Positions 1-12,399 of a stretch of DNA of 64,000 nucleotides are shown here, piece by piece. Each line of letters begins with the position of its first letter. Position 1 is the first letter of the stretch. The notes under the pieces were generated by a model. The model had not been told where the DNA came from. It saw only the letters and a program-made list of their open reading frames with translations, and did not search any database. Origin of the DNA: Octopus vulgaris. Lineage: Eukaryota. A program made the position numbers and the translations under genes. The stretch spans positions 46,624,001-46,688,000 of the forward strand of contig OX597819.1 of assembly GCA_951406725.2 (NCBI GenBank). The letters run 5' to 3'.

Positions 1-218
1 TCAGTTTTTGAGAATTATTTCATTTTTTAAAATTATCTCCCCTTCTCATGTGGAGATGTGCTTAATCGCAAATTCAAATTGCGAATTTATTTTGTATGGT
101 AAGCAATATATCTGAAATTGTCTATGTTGTACAAAAATATGCGATTGGTCAGAGTTATTTCTCTTAGTATATTTATATATATATATTCACCCGTGTGGTT
201 CCTTACAACTTTACTTTG

Positions 219-261
<43 letters not shown>

Positions 262-349
262 CATACATACATACATACATACATACATACATACATACAT
301 ACATACATACATAACACATACTTATATAGTTATATATACATACATGCAT

Positions 350-384
<35 letters not shown>

Positions 385-585
385 CCAGGGTTGCTGAAAG
401 GTTCCTGACTTTGGGTAAAAGTAAATGCAGGAATTATTAGTTAATTATGATTTTATTCAGCATATACCTCTCATTGCAGGGGTTCCTCAGTTTTTATAAG
501 CCCTGTGAAAGAACTCGGGAGGTTAGGCCTCCAGTCAGGCCTTTCGCGATACCCTCAAAGCCAGGGAATTTTCGGCTCCCCCACT
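385..585. mobile_element. Mariner-like TIR/MITE fragment
   Basis: TA followed by CCAGGGTTGCTGAAAGGTTCCTGACTTT resembles a mariner TIR and follows a (TA)n tract. No partner TIR found. Confidence 0.4.
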
Positions 586-599
586 CGTATGTATGTATG

Positions 600-659
<60 letters not shown>

Positions 660-740
660 GGGAGAGAGAGAGACATACATGCAGACAGACATAAATACAT
701 ATATACATACACACATATGGGGGTTCGTGTAATAAATATA

Positions 741-1500
741 CGATGGGTGCCCAAACGAAACCAGAAATTTTACATTATTATTTTATTCACTTTTACATGT
801 TTACACTTTTATCACCTTCAAAGTATTCTCCATTTGAAGCAATGCAGCGGTCTAGGTGCGTTTTCCACTAGTCGAAGCAGTGCTGGAACTCTTGCGAAAT
901 GATGCCTCTTAACGCTTCGGTTTTTTTTTTTAATCTTTGCTAAATCTGCAAATTCCGTAGCACCAGCTTTCGTCACTAATGATGACCTTCGAAAAAAGGT
1001 TCGGATCAACTTCCAGTTTTTCTTTGAGTTCACGCCACGCATACAGTCGTGATTGCTTTTTATCTTCCGTGAGCAGACGAGGTACAAATTTTGCTGCAAC
1101 TCCTTTCATTCGAAATTCCCCGCTCAGAATTTGTTGGCAGGAGCTTCAGGACACACTAGTCATATCAACAAGTTCGACATTTGTTCGGTGACGGCCTTCC
1201 AAAATCAGTCCATGAATTTTTATGATGTTTTCATTCGTTCGGGAGGTCGACTGTCGCCTTGAACGAGATTGGTCATTAAGTGACAATTGGCCATTCCTAA
1301 AGGGTGAAAACCTCTCGTAGACTTGTATCTTGCTCATGGCAGCCGGCCCGTATGCTGTCTGAAGTATGACAACTATTTCGGCCGCCATTTTATTCAGTAG
1401 TAAACAGAATTTCGTGGAAGCACGCTGTTCCTTCGTTTCAGCCTTCGAAAAAATTGATACACAGGGGAGAAACACTGCAAAACAAAGACGGATCTCCATC
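741..1500 (-). mobile_element. Internally deleted mariner transposon (pseudogene)
   Basis: Minus strand encodes the N-terminal HTH (EQRASTKFCLLLNKMAAE...RSRRQSTS), then AAKFVPRLL...IISDESWCY, joined directly to the C-terminus (EFQHCFD*WKTHLDRCIASNGEYFEGDK). TA plus TIR-like end at 739-770. Contains stops. Confidence 0.9.
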
Positions 1501-1516
1501 GTGTGCAACACAACAG

Positions 1517-1890
1517 AGTTTGGCTGATGAAGGTGTTACGGTATTGAAAGATTGGCCAGCTCTTGACTTAATTATCAATGAGCAAATGTGGACAAAACTA
1601 AAGAGAAGAGATCGCCAGAGAATCCATGCAATCTTGAAGAATTGTGGGAGCTCATCCGCAGTGAATGGCATCTCATGCCTATGAGGATGGTGATGGATTT
1701 GTACGCATCTCTTCCACGGTGCATTGAAGCATCCATTCGAGCTAAGGGAAGCCAAACGAAATATTAACAATCTACAGTAACTTCTTGAAATGAACGTTAT
1801 GTAATACATTTTCATTATAGGCATTTTTCTGTTTTAAAACATTGTATCTTGTTTGGTTTATGTGAGGAAGACGAAAACTTTTGTACGACC
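1517..1890 (+). mobile_element. Tc1-like transposase 3' fragment
   Basis: LADEGVTVLKDWPA-LDLIINEQMW, then after a frameshift LEELWELIRSEW...SLPRCIEASIRAKGSQTKY* (stop at 1765-1767), the typical Tc1 C-terminus. TIR-like ACTTTTGTACGACC near 1877-1890. Confidence 0.8.
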
Positions 1891-2494
1891 ATTTTTGGTG
1901 GTCGTCTCGCATCTCCCCCTCTCATTCAGAGCCCCTACTACAAAATAGGATGATTAGGTATGGAAATGACTCCAACAGGGCCAATGTTTCATCTGTAAAA
2001 ACGCAATGTGAAACATCCACTTACCTTACATCTTATAAATGACGAAGGTTTCATCAGCTGTCAATGATGAGAAAAATGCTTTACTCGGGAACTGAAGGAA
2101 GATAGCATTTACGGAAAATTAGATAGGAAAATATGGTAGCTACGATTGCCTTGGTGATAGTGTGCCGGAGAAGTAGCTCAGTGGAAATGCACGACTTTAT
2201 ATTGACAGGACCTCATATTCTCCAATTTAAATATATATCTTATTGGCTGTGAACTCTATCTCGGTGATCTAATTAATCATAACAGCGGAAGGGGATAATT
2301 TACTGCTATGGTCAACAGTCATTTTTTATCCATTTTCCGGAATAACATTATGTCATCTAGAACAAATTTAATAAATCTAGAAACGATGTTTTGTAAGCTT
2401 TTCTGCTTTAAATGTATTTTATAATTTAAATGCCAGTAGATATAAATTCGCCTTGAATCACTTACATCAGTCACTAGTTTAATAATTTTTGAGC

Positions 2495-2650
2495 TGTCAG
2501 AATCGTTGGCGCGTCGAACAACATATTCAACGGCATTTCTTCCGGTTTCTTGCGTTCGGGTTCAAAATCTCGCCAAAATCAAGTTTGCCTTTCATCCCAG
2601 CTTGATTAAGCAAAGAACCAGTCAAGTAATGTGGACCATGAGATCGACTA
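2495..2650 (+). mobile_element. Degraded tRNA-derived SINE (family A)
   Basis: GGGTTCAAAATCTCGCC...TTTGCCTTTCATCC matches the reverse complement of the 3101-3689 units. Confidence 0.55.
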
Positions 2651-2916
2651 ACCTTCTTAATCCTGAAAATTTGCTGGTCTTAGCCGGCCGCCAACAATTT
2701 TTTCTGCAAAATAGGGGTAGCTTATCCTGTTCAGGCTATATTATTAGCATTATCCTGCGTTTGAGAATTTAAAATCACCTCTTTAACTTTCTAAGACATC
2801 TCAACACTTCTAAAGCAAATTTTGTTTGCTTGTTTATGTTCCTCGTTATTTGAATTTAATGAAACAATTATTTCAACTTTTTTCCTCTAGTTGTTTTTTT
2901 ACAATATTGATTTTAA

Positions 2917-3689
2917 ATTTTGGTATAAGTCAGCGAGTTTGGGAGAGGGAGATAGTCAATGTCATCGAATCTAGTGCTTAACTATTACTTCTTTTATCAA
3001 CCCCCGAAACGATGAAAGACAAAGTAGCAGAATTTGAACTCGGAACGTAAAGACGGACGAAATGCCGCTAAGCATTTTGCCCAGCGTCCTAACGTTTCTT
3101 ATATCTTTACTACCCACAAGGGGTTAAATACAGGTGGGACAAACAAGGAAAGACAAATAGATTAAGACGATTACATCGACCCCAGTGCGTAACTAGTACT
3201 TAATTTATCCACCCCGAAAGGATGAAAGGCAAAGTCGACCTCGGCGGAATTTGAATTCAGAACGTAACAGCAGACGAAATAACTATTTCTTTATTACCCA
3301 CAAAGTGCTAAACACAGAGAGGACAAACAAGGAAAGACAAACGGATTAAGTCGATTATATCGACCCCAGTGCGTAACTGGTACTTTATCCGAAAGGATGA
3401 AAGCTAAAGTCGATCTCGGCGGAACTTGAACTCAGAACGTAGCGGGAGACGAAATACCAATTTCTTTACTACCAACAAGGGGCTAAACACAGAGGGGACA
3501 AACAAGGATAGACAAACGGATTAAGTCGATTACATCGACCCCAGTGCGTAACTGGTACTTATTTAATCGACCCCGAAAGGATGAAAGGCAAAGTCAACCT
3601 CGGCGGAATTTGAACTCAGAACGTAGCTGCAGACGAAATATTGCTAAGTATTTCGCCCGGCGTGCTAACGTTTCTGCCAGCTCGCCGCC
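2917..3689 (-). mobile_element. Tandem array of tRNA-derived SINE family A (4 units)
   Basis: Repeated core ATCGACCCCAGTGCGTAACTGGTAC...GAAAGGATGAAAGGCAAAGTCGACCTCGGCGGAATTTGAACTCAGAACG. Units at 3459-3689 (full, with head GGCGGCGAGCTGGCAGAAACG and B-box GAGTTCAAATTCC on minus), 3284-3458, 3101-3283, and a variant at 2917-3097. Confidence 0.9.
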
Positions 3690-4359
3690 TTAATTGATTT
3701 TTACAATATTAGTCATTAGATAAAATTCTATCACGTGGACAAATGCTTAACTTTGTCAAGGAAGAACATGACAGGAAGCAACCCCAAAGTAAACGCTTCT
3801 GCAGAACTTCGACGCCGTAACACGAACTTGAAATGTGTGAAATTTTAGATGCTGAACGATTCGTCAGTAAAACAATGACGCATTATGAATTTGCTTCCGC
3901 GGAGCTAAACATAAAATCTCTGCATGAAACCGGGTGACCTTTCTAGCAGAGTGTATTATTTATTTATCCTTGATCCGCTAAGGACATTACCAAATAAGTA
4001 CTGGCTCCATGGACCATGATGAAAAAAAATGTTATAATTATTAGGTGTTATGGGAAATACTATAGTATTGGAGTTATTGCTGTAAATATTGAAATCTCTC
4101 TTGAGCCCAACTTCAAATACCAACTTCCATAATCATCTCAGTCATTCTTACCAAGAGATCGGTGCCCGTGTTTTGATTAAATGACGACACTGAAATTCTG
4201 ATAAGTTTATTACTTTTAATCATATTGTTCAATGCTTTTACACAACACAATCTCTCAACCGAAAAAGGGAGATTCCAGACCATGGGTACTGCATTGACAA
4301 CGCGGAAGATGGTACTTGTACATGCGTGCGCGCCTATGTGCGCGTATATATATATATAC

Positions 4360-4390
<31 letters not shown>

Positions 4391-4433
4391 CACACACGCA
4401 CACACACACACTCACATTCATGCATTCAGATAT

Positions 4434-4477
<44 letters not shown>

Positions 4478-4482
<5 letters not shown>

Positions 4483-4692
4483 ATCCAAACAAGAAAACAC
4501 AAAAAAACACAACAACGCGAGGACGTGGAACAAATATACTATTATTGGACGCTCAGGAAAGAAGGAAAGAAAGAGGGTTTAACGTTTCGAGCGGAGCTCT
4601 TCGTCGGAAACATAGGAGAAGGAAAGATCCAGAGAAAGGAAGACAGAGGAAAAAAATCGCCAACGGTACAAACGAGGTCACATTTTGAAATG
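4478..4692 (-). mobile_element. Short HHR-bearing element (family H1) between (TA)n tracts, Penelope pseudo-LTR/retrozyme-like
   Basis: Homologous, in inverted orientation, to 7858-8072. Flanked by (TA)n on both sides. Contains a hammerhead fold. Confidence 0.7.
4577..4611 (-). ncRNA. Minimal type-I hammerhead ribozyme motif (U4C core)
   Basis: Minus strand reads GTTT-CCGACGA-A-GAGC tcc GCTC-GAAA-CG-TT-AAAC: stem I GTTT/AAAC, stem II 4 bp, palindromic ACGT stem III. Confidence 0.5.
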
Positions 4693-4766
4693 TATATATA
4701 TATATTGATAAAAATGGTAAGACAACAAAAGAATAAAAGAGACCTCGATATTATGAAAATAGAGGA

Positions 4767-4992
4767 ATTTATCTGTAAATGTAATATGTGACAATTATTC
4801 GGTAGCCATGATAAAACTCCGAGTTTCGGATGCCGAGGTGGAAATCCACGTCGCCATCACTTCACTTATCAGGCCATCGGAAAAATGCTGGCCGGATAAC
4901 TGAAGAGATGGCGGCGTGGTTTCCACCTCGGCATCCGAAACTCGGAGTTTTATCATGGCTACCGAATAATTGTCACATATTACATTTACAGA

Positions 4993-4997
<5 letters not shown>
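4767..4997. repeat. 231-bp near-perfect inverted repeat (two head-to-head HHR elements)
   Basis: 4767-4876 is the reverse complement of about 4889-4997 with few mismatches, around a 12-nt spacer TCGGAAAAATGC. Confidence 0.95.
4891..4959 (+). ncRNA. Type-I hammerhead ribozyme motif
   Basis: GATAA(4895-99)-CTGAAGA-GATG...CATC-C-GAAA-CTC g GAG-TT-TTATC(4950-54). Stem I extends via GCC/GGC. GUU cleavage triplet. Confidence 0.6.
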
Positions 4998-5023
<26 letters not shown>

Positions 5024-5130
5024 GTATGTATGTATGTATGTATGTATGTATGTATGTATGTATGTATGTATGTTTGTATTTATGGTGTGTATGTATACTT
5101 TCTTAATAAAGCTGCAAAGACATCACAAAG

Positions 5131-5170
5131 ATTGTTACTCAAAGTTTCACGTTCCCGTTCGTCGGACAGT
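5131..5170 (-). ncRNA. Hammerhead ribozyme motif (U4C core) inside a 22-bp inverted repeat
   Basis: Minus strand reads acTGT-CCGACGA-ACG ggaa CGT-GAAA-CT ttg AG-TA-ACAat, with a GUA site. Enclosed by an inverted repeat at 5096-5117/5183-5204. Confidence 0.5.
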
Positions 5171-5329
5171 TTCCGTTGAGAATTGCAGCTTTATTAATAA
5201 AGTACATTACTCTACCTCTGGTGTTCGAGTACTATTTTTTACACCTTGTATGAAAAGTTTTGAGCCTTCAAGTACCATATTTTGTTTCGATTATTCTTTT
5301 GAGGCTCAAGATTTTTCATACACCCCTCG

Positions 5330-5379
<50 letters not shown>

Positions 5380-5438
5380 TTAAATCCTTAAAAATGCTTC
5401 AGCCCGAAGGCTGCGGCCATGCTGGGGCACCACCGTTG

Positions 5439-5498
<60 letters not shown>

Positions 5499-5861
5499 AT
5501 ACAATAAAATATATAATAACGATAAATTAATATTATGATATATCAAATATGTTATAATATAGGTGGCTAAAGCAATTAAAAACCAAAAAGGTAGAATACA
5601 TACATATATTTGGTTGGTGCATAATTATTGCGGCTCTTTTTCAACAAATTTTCTTCAACAAAAACAATAACAACATGTAAACAAAAACATCTTGAAATGA
5701 TTATTCCGAAGCATATTCACCATCTACTTCAATTACTGCTTCTCATTTGCTTGGCAAACGGTCAGACCGTCATTTAAAGATACTTTTGTTAAATATTGTA
5801 ATTCGTTTTGTTGAATAAAATTTGTTGAAAAATAGCCGCAATAATTATGCAGCAACCCAAT

Positions 5862-6110
5862 ATATGGTTGTGTGATCAGAAGCTTGCCTCTGAACCGCAT
5901 GGTCTGGAGTTCAGTTCCATGGCGTGACACCTTGGGCAAATGTCTTCTGCTATAGCTTCCTCTAATATCTTCTCCTATAGCCGACCAAAAGCATGGTGGG
6001 AGAACTTGGTAGACGGAAACCGAAAGAAGTCTGTCATATATATGCGTGCGTGAGTGTCCTTCTGCTTCTGTGTCTGTGTTTGCAAACACAGACGCAATTG
6101 GTGTGGTGCA
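5862..6110 (+). mobile_element. tRNA-derived SINE family B, partial
   Basis: GAGTTCAGTTCC...CCTTGGGCAAATGTCTTCTGCTATAG...TTGGTAGACGGAAAC is shared with 36972-37404. Confidence 0.7.
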
Positions 6111-6119
6111 TTAATTGAG

Positions 6120-7740
6120 AGTCTTTCTTTTGCATTTCATATGTACATTAAACTTCAGTTCCTTCACATTCTTGAATCTTTTAGTTTTACCAAATTCAGT
6201 CAATTTGCATTTTCCTCGACGAAGGTTTTTGACCCCCATTTTGTTACCTGCACTATTTCTGTTCTTGCCGTAATTTTCGTCTTCATTAAATGTCTTTTAA
6301 GATATGCAAATTGCCCTCGGCAGTAAATAATTATTGACACTTTAATTATTTGTCTTAGATTTGATGATTGATGTAAACATTTTAAATAGCGTTTGACCGA
6401 ATGTAAGAAGTGAGATTACAGCTAACCACAAATGGAAAATTTCTATTTGTCTCCTCTCATTCATTGTCAGGACTTCTCCAGAAATCAGGAATTGGGATCT
6501 ACAACGTTTTCCAAGTATTTTTTTTTCACGGAAGAAATCATTTAAGTTCTACCAGCCGTCTGCCTCGTTCACTTGAATCTGCAACTATTAAATATATTTG
6601 CTTTGACATATTAACTGGTTTATTTCTTTACGGGATGGATGCAAGACCTAAAGTCTAAGTATTGGCGAGTGTCCGTATCCTTGCATTAGACATGGGTTGT
6701 AAGAGTCTCATTTCCTTTCATTACCAATGTGTATAGAAAGGGAAAATTCTTTTCCTTCATTTCCAGTGTTAATGGAATCGGTTCATGAATGCTTTTTATG
6801 AACTGAAGATATCTTGTAAGGTCTTCTTTACTTCAGTTCCTAAATATGAAACAGTCATCAAGTAAAAGCTTAAATCATGCCACAATAAACGTAAAAGAAA
6901 CCCCAATCTCTGGCTTAAGGAGAAAACTTCCAATTAAAATTTAAATAGGATTAGAAGTGCTGATCAGAAGTACTCTCGCATCAGGCGTCGTTTATTTACT
7001 AAGAATCACATCAATAATGTAAACGCGGAAGCAACTGCCCACTGGCGTCCATTTTATATAAAGGTATTATCAATGAAGTAGATGTTTTCTAGTACCAATC
7101 GTAAACCTAGTATAAATTCCCTTGAGAATCGCTCCTGAATTCTGTGTGGTTCTTTATCTAACTAGAATTCTACTGCTCTCAATCTTAATCCATGGAGGAT
7201 ATTAATGTAGAGGCTGGTTACGTCGATTCTAACGAGGATCGTCTTTATATTTACTATTTCTGGAACGTGCTTACGGAAATCCATATCGTCTCTAATGAAT
7301 CTCAGAACCAATTTGCATGATGGATTGATATGTTATCCAGTAAATTACCTAATTGTTGTATTATTGATGTTGTTCCTACAACAATTGGGCGGCATTTTAA
7401 ATCAGACAGTTTGGGAATCCTAACATGGTGTATAGCGATCCTTTAAGCTATGATGGATTTCTTTAAATTTACGAGTTTTTCAGTAGTCTATACAAGTTGC
7501 TGGATTTGCTTCAAAATTTGTTATATTCAGTAATCCAACTTCTTTTTCCCTTAACTCATTTTTGAATTTATTCCATAAATTTTCATTGTTTGTTTGTCTG
7601 CATTGATTTGTCATTTTTACAGAATTGTTGAACATTTAGTAGTTCCAAGGCCCATTCTTTGTAATAGGTCTTGTCCTTTATTTCCATGGTTTCTCCTTTG
7701 CCAGCTTCTTTCATGATTAAATAAGAATATTTCTATTAAC
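6120..7740 (-). pseudogene. Decayed Penelope-like element (PLE) reverse transcriptase
   Basis: Minus-strand peptides in the expected order: NFEA..SNLY, CRPIVVG, FIRDDMDF, TILVRIDVTSLYINILH (DVTSLYTNIP motif), LLDDCFIF (YLDD motif, about 6840-6866), SIHEPIPLTLEMKEKNFPFL, KDTDTRQYLDFRSC, then a linker towards the endonuclease. Many stops and frameshifts. Confidence 0.85.
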
Positions 7741-7770
7741 ATTGTAATGCTCTTTGCTATTCATTTGTTT

Positions 7771-7777
7771 GATAGAT

Positions 7778-7857
<80 letters not shown>
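7771..7857. repeat. (GATA)n microsatellite
   Basis: Direct reading. Further (GATA)n/(GA)n/(GACA)n at 8073-8330. Confidence 0.95.
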
Positions 7858-8072
7858 GGTCATTTCAATATGTGACCGCGTGTATATCGTTGGCGATTTT
7901 TTCCCCCGTCTTTCCTTCCTTGGATCTTTCCTTTTCCTATTTTTCTGACGAAGAGCTCCGCTCGAAACGTTAAATCCTCCTTCTTTCTTTCCTTTCCTGA
8001 GCGTCCAATAACACTGCACTTGTTCCACGTCCTCGCGTTATTGTGTTTTTTCTTTGTTCATGTTTGGATCAA
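7858..8072 (+). mobile_element. Short HHR-bearing element (family H1)
   Basis: Inverted homolog of 4478-4692, embedded in (GATA)n. Confidence 0.7.
7942..7974 (+). ncRNA. Minimal type-I hammerhead ribozyme motif
   Basis: TTT-CTGACGA(7945-51)-A-GAGC tcc GCTC-GAAA(7964-67)-CG-TT-AAA. Canonical core with palindromic stem III. Confidence 0.55.
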
Positions 8073-8082
8073 CGATAGATAG

Positions 8083-8139
<57 letters not shown>

Positions 8140-8294
8140 CAAAAAGACAGATACATACATACATTCATACATAAACAGACAGAAAAAGACAGATAGATAG
8201 ACAGACAGACAGGCAGGTAAGCACACAGGCAGATAGATAAATAGATAGACAGACAGAAAGACAGGCATAGAGACAGACAGACCGACCGATAGAT

Positions 8295-8330
<36 letters not shown>

Positions 8331-8896
8331 AGTGACCGACAGACGAACAGGCATACATTAGTAACAAGAGCCTGCTTTTGCCAGGGTTTATGGAAAGTAT
8401 GACGGTTTTCTCAAAAAATGTGACGCTACGTAAAATTTCAGATACGTAAGTGGAAGTCTGAGATCTACAAACTAGATCGTGAACAGACACATACATTCAC
8501 TTCCATGACATGCGTGTGTTATTTTTTTTGTTTTTTCTTGTTGTTGTTTTTTTTTGTACGTATGCGAGTGTCTCTCTATTTTTAATCTTCAACAATCTCT
8601 TCCCGTTTCACTTTTACTACAACTCACTCTGCTTACCTAGCTCACATACACACTTTATGTGTCTCTCCAGATCATTACTGATGACGGTCGTTCATATTGG
8701 TATTGATGAAAAGTAGCACACATGTATTGAACAGCATCTTATGTGCTCGTCTTTATAGGAACTTGCTTCAGTGTGCGTCTGTGTGAATGTGAATGAATGC
8801 GCATGCGCGTATGTATATATGTACGTAAGCGTGTGTATGTAGTGATATTATATTATGCATTTGTACATATGAACTTACAACTACACATAAAAACTC

Positions 8897-8964
<68 letters not shown>

Positions 8965-8976
8965 GTATGTATATAC

Positions 8977-9017
<41 letters not shown>

Positions 9018-9308
9018 GAGAAACACAAACACACACACACGCAGCCATACAAACGTGTATATATAGATAGATACATACAAGTAAACATTCGTATGTGATA
9101 TACATATAACTACGTGTGTGTGTGTGTGCGTGTGTGTACAAATGTATGTCTATATTTATGATTACAAGTATGTACACAATCTATACCGGCATCTGTGAGT
9201 GTGTGAGAATATTTCTCTTTCCCCTCTCTCTCTATCTTTATTTATATATATATATGTTTATACACAAGAATACAAATATATATACGCATACCTATACATA
9301 CACGCACA

Positions 9309-9358
<50 letters not shown>

Positions 9359-9474
9359 CACATACACACATATATATATAAATATGTACATATATATATA
9401 TATATATATACATATGCATAAATATAGAAATACATGAACATTAATATACATACATTCACACGTATAGATACGGA

Positions 9475-9529
<55 letters not shown>

Positions 9530-9554
9530 ATATATATATGTATATATATATGCA

Positions 9555-9607
<53 letters not shown>

Positions 9608-9969
9608 ATACGTAGATGTATGTGCAAACACGTAGATGTGTGCTGAATGCAATGGTGCATAAGTAATGCGTGCCCTGAAGAGTGTGAAGTTAGAAGTACC
9701 ACCGAATACGTAGTTTCGACACATATTTCACTGTAATTAGGATTTGCTTTAATTGTTGTACCCACGAGGCGAGAATCACGTAACACATAGTGTCGTACGT
9801 ATGTATATGCGTCACTGCATGTATGTAAATATACGTTGTGCATAATTACTTATGTATGTATGCTAATATGTATAAATGCATACGTGTATATATATATATA
9901 TATATACATATTTATATATACATATATATGTGTGTGCGTGTGTGCGAACATATATTTATAAATTTATGC

Positions 9970-10036
<67 letters not shown>

Positions 10037-10076
10037 AGCGTATATGTGTTTATCAGTGAAGTTGTATATATGTAAG

Positions 10077-10115
<39 letters not shown>

Positions 10116-10289
10116 ATGTATATGTTTGAGTTATGCATATATTTTATGTATATATGTGCGTGTACATAAACGCCCGTACTACTATGTACACATAGATAGA
10201 TATACTTATGTAACTACTTTTGTGTGTGTGTGCGTGTGTGTGTCTGTGTGTGTGGGGGCGTAATAAAAAAATAAATGCGCATATTTAAA

Positions 10290-10515
10290 ACCTAGCCAGG
10301 CTCATGGGCCCGGTTTCCCGGTTTCAATGGCGTATGTGTTACCCAGGTGGACGGGACGCCAGTCCATCGCAGCGTTACTTATTTTTGCCAGCTGAGTTGA
10401 CTGGAGCAACGTGAAATGAAGTGTTTTGCTCAAGAACACAACGCGTCGCCCGGTCTAGGAATCGAAACCACAATCTTACGATCATTATGTAGCCACTAAG
10501 CCACGCGCGTCCGCG
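10290..10515 (-). mobile_element. tRNA-derived SINE (family C-like)
   Basis: Minus strand: GTGGCTTAGTGG A-box, GGTTTCGATTCC B-box, then GTTCTTGAGCAAAACACTTC as in 18528-18856. Confidence 0.75.
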
Positions 10516-12399
10516 TGTGGTGGAGTGTACTTATCTATAAATATATCTGTTTTGTTACAAACGAAGTACAAATTTACCCGTTACTGGCCGTAAATTTTGT
10601 GTAGGGTTTCTTTATAAATCCACCCATTTGTTAATCAGGGTTTCATACCTATCTCATAATAATTGTGTATGGAAAATTATTGAGGATGACAACCAGTAAA
10701 CAGTACTTCTTACGCTGAGGAATTTGATATCGGTTATTGTTTTAATATCTAAACCTTCTCAGCTAGGCAATGGCTGCACTTTTCCTTAGATTGAAATATG
10801 GAAAGTGGTGGCGGTGATGATGGTCTTGGTGATGATAATTGTGGGAGAATTTCATGTCGCTGTTGTTGTTGCTGATAACGGTGATGGTGGCAACGGTGAG
10901 CTGGTGGTGGTGGTGGTCGTGGTGGTGGTGTTGGTGAAGGTTTGTGCTGGTGGTGGTGGTGGTGAAGGTTGGTGGTATTGGATATAGTGGCGGAGGTGGT
11001 GGTGTGGAGATGGTAGTAGTGGAGGTGGTGGTGGTTGTGGTGACAGTATACTTGTATCTACTCTTTGTTGTGGCCGTAGTAGTGGTGATAGTTGTGGTGG
11101 TCGTCGTCATATATTGATGGCGGTGATGGTGTAGCCGCAGCTTGTATGGTTGTTTAATCTCTTGTTTAATCCCCAGGTCGGCCCAGAATATGCAGATCTG
11201 TGATCAAAAGCGCTCCAGCTCTGACCGCCCAGCCTTATTTCGGTATACGGCAACAATCACTATTCAATATTTAATTTTTCTAAGAAGAGGATATGCAGTA
11301 TCCTGTTTGAGGAAGATTTGGTTTCTATTTCTAGCAGGTCAAACTACCACGTAGGGTCGTAGAGGCTCACTCTTTGTACGAAGGTCGTTGTTGTCTTTGT
11401 TGTTGTTTAACGCTATGCTGGCGCTGATGGAATAGACTTAAGCTTATATGCATTCCAGCCGAGACCATTCCGTCCTGTTTATATCAATGGCAACGTCGTT
11501 CTCTTCTTTCCTGTTTTGTGAGACGTTAGGATGCATTTGAGGGAATGCGATTGCTTGTTCTAGCACCACGACGTGTGCGTAGAAGCTCCACATGATGTCC
11601 GTTGGTGATACCGGTTGGTAAATGGATGGTCATGTGGGCATGAAGTTCACTTCGAAATTTATAGTCTCGGGTTCAATCCCGCTGTTGTAAAGATACCTTA
11701 CACAAACTTTTTCCTACTATACATTTGGTTCGAAAGTAAAACTCATTTTAAGTGTAATTTGGTGGACAGCAACTGTATGGAAGCTGGCTAGAGGTCTTGC
11801 TTCTATTCCTGGATGGTAGACTGAATATGTCTCCAGGTTTTATACCTCCATCACCATTGCCCTGTTTAACGAACAGTACGGCTTGATTCTTAAGTCTCTG
11901 TTGTATCTGTCTTTGTACGACGGCTGTCATTCTGACAGATATTATATTCCGAAGTCGCCGATAGAATGTTTCTATCTGGCACTGTACAGCCCACAGTCGT
12001 ACAGTGTTATTATCCTCAAAAGGTTGGATCGTTATAACGTCCACTCAGTATCACAGTATAATAACTATATCAGCACATACACGACTATCAACACAGTCTA
12101 CACGTACTCTCACGATACCGGGCGACGTCACCTTACGCATAGTGACTGGGCCATTCCACTCGTCACGTGGTAGGGGTTTACTATTATTACTAATTTCCTA
12201 CAACAGTCTCCTTTAGAAAAGTACAATCAGTTTACAAACCTTGTAGCCATGTCTATAGGCTAAGGACAGCTTCTTCACTTTCTTCTAACAGATTCAAAAG
12301 ATACACTAAGCGCACTGGACTTCATACACACACACGCACACACACGCACACACACATACACACACACACACACACACACATACACACACACTATTTTTG

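Noticed and set aside
1920-2095. Minus-strand splice-like signals around 1995 and 2020-2092
   Set aside because: The implied intron is only about 32 nt and the frames stop quickly.
9669-9724. CTGAAGA-GTG...CAC-CGAAT motif
   Set aside because: GAAA is broken and stem I is not convincing.
11748-12180. Unique-looking 98-aa minus-strand ORF, possibly gag-like
   Set aside because: No recognisable motif, LTR or splice support.
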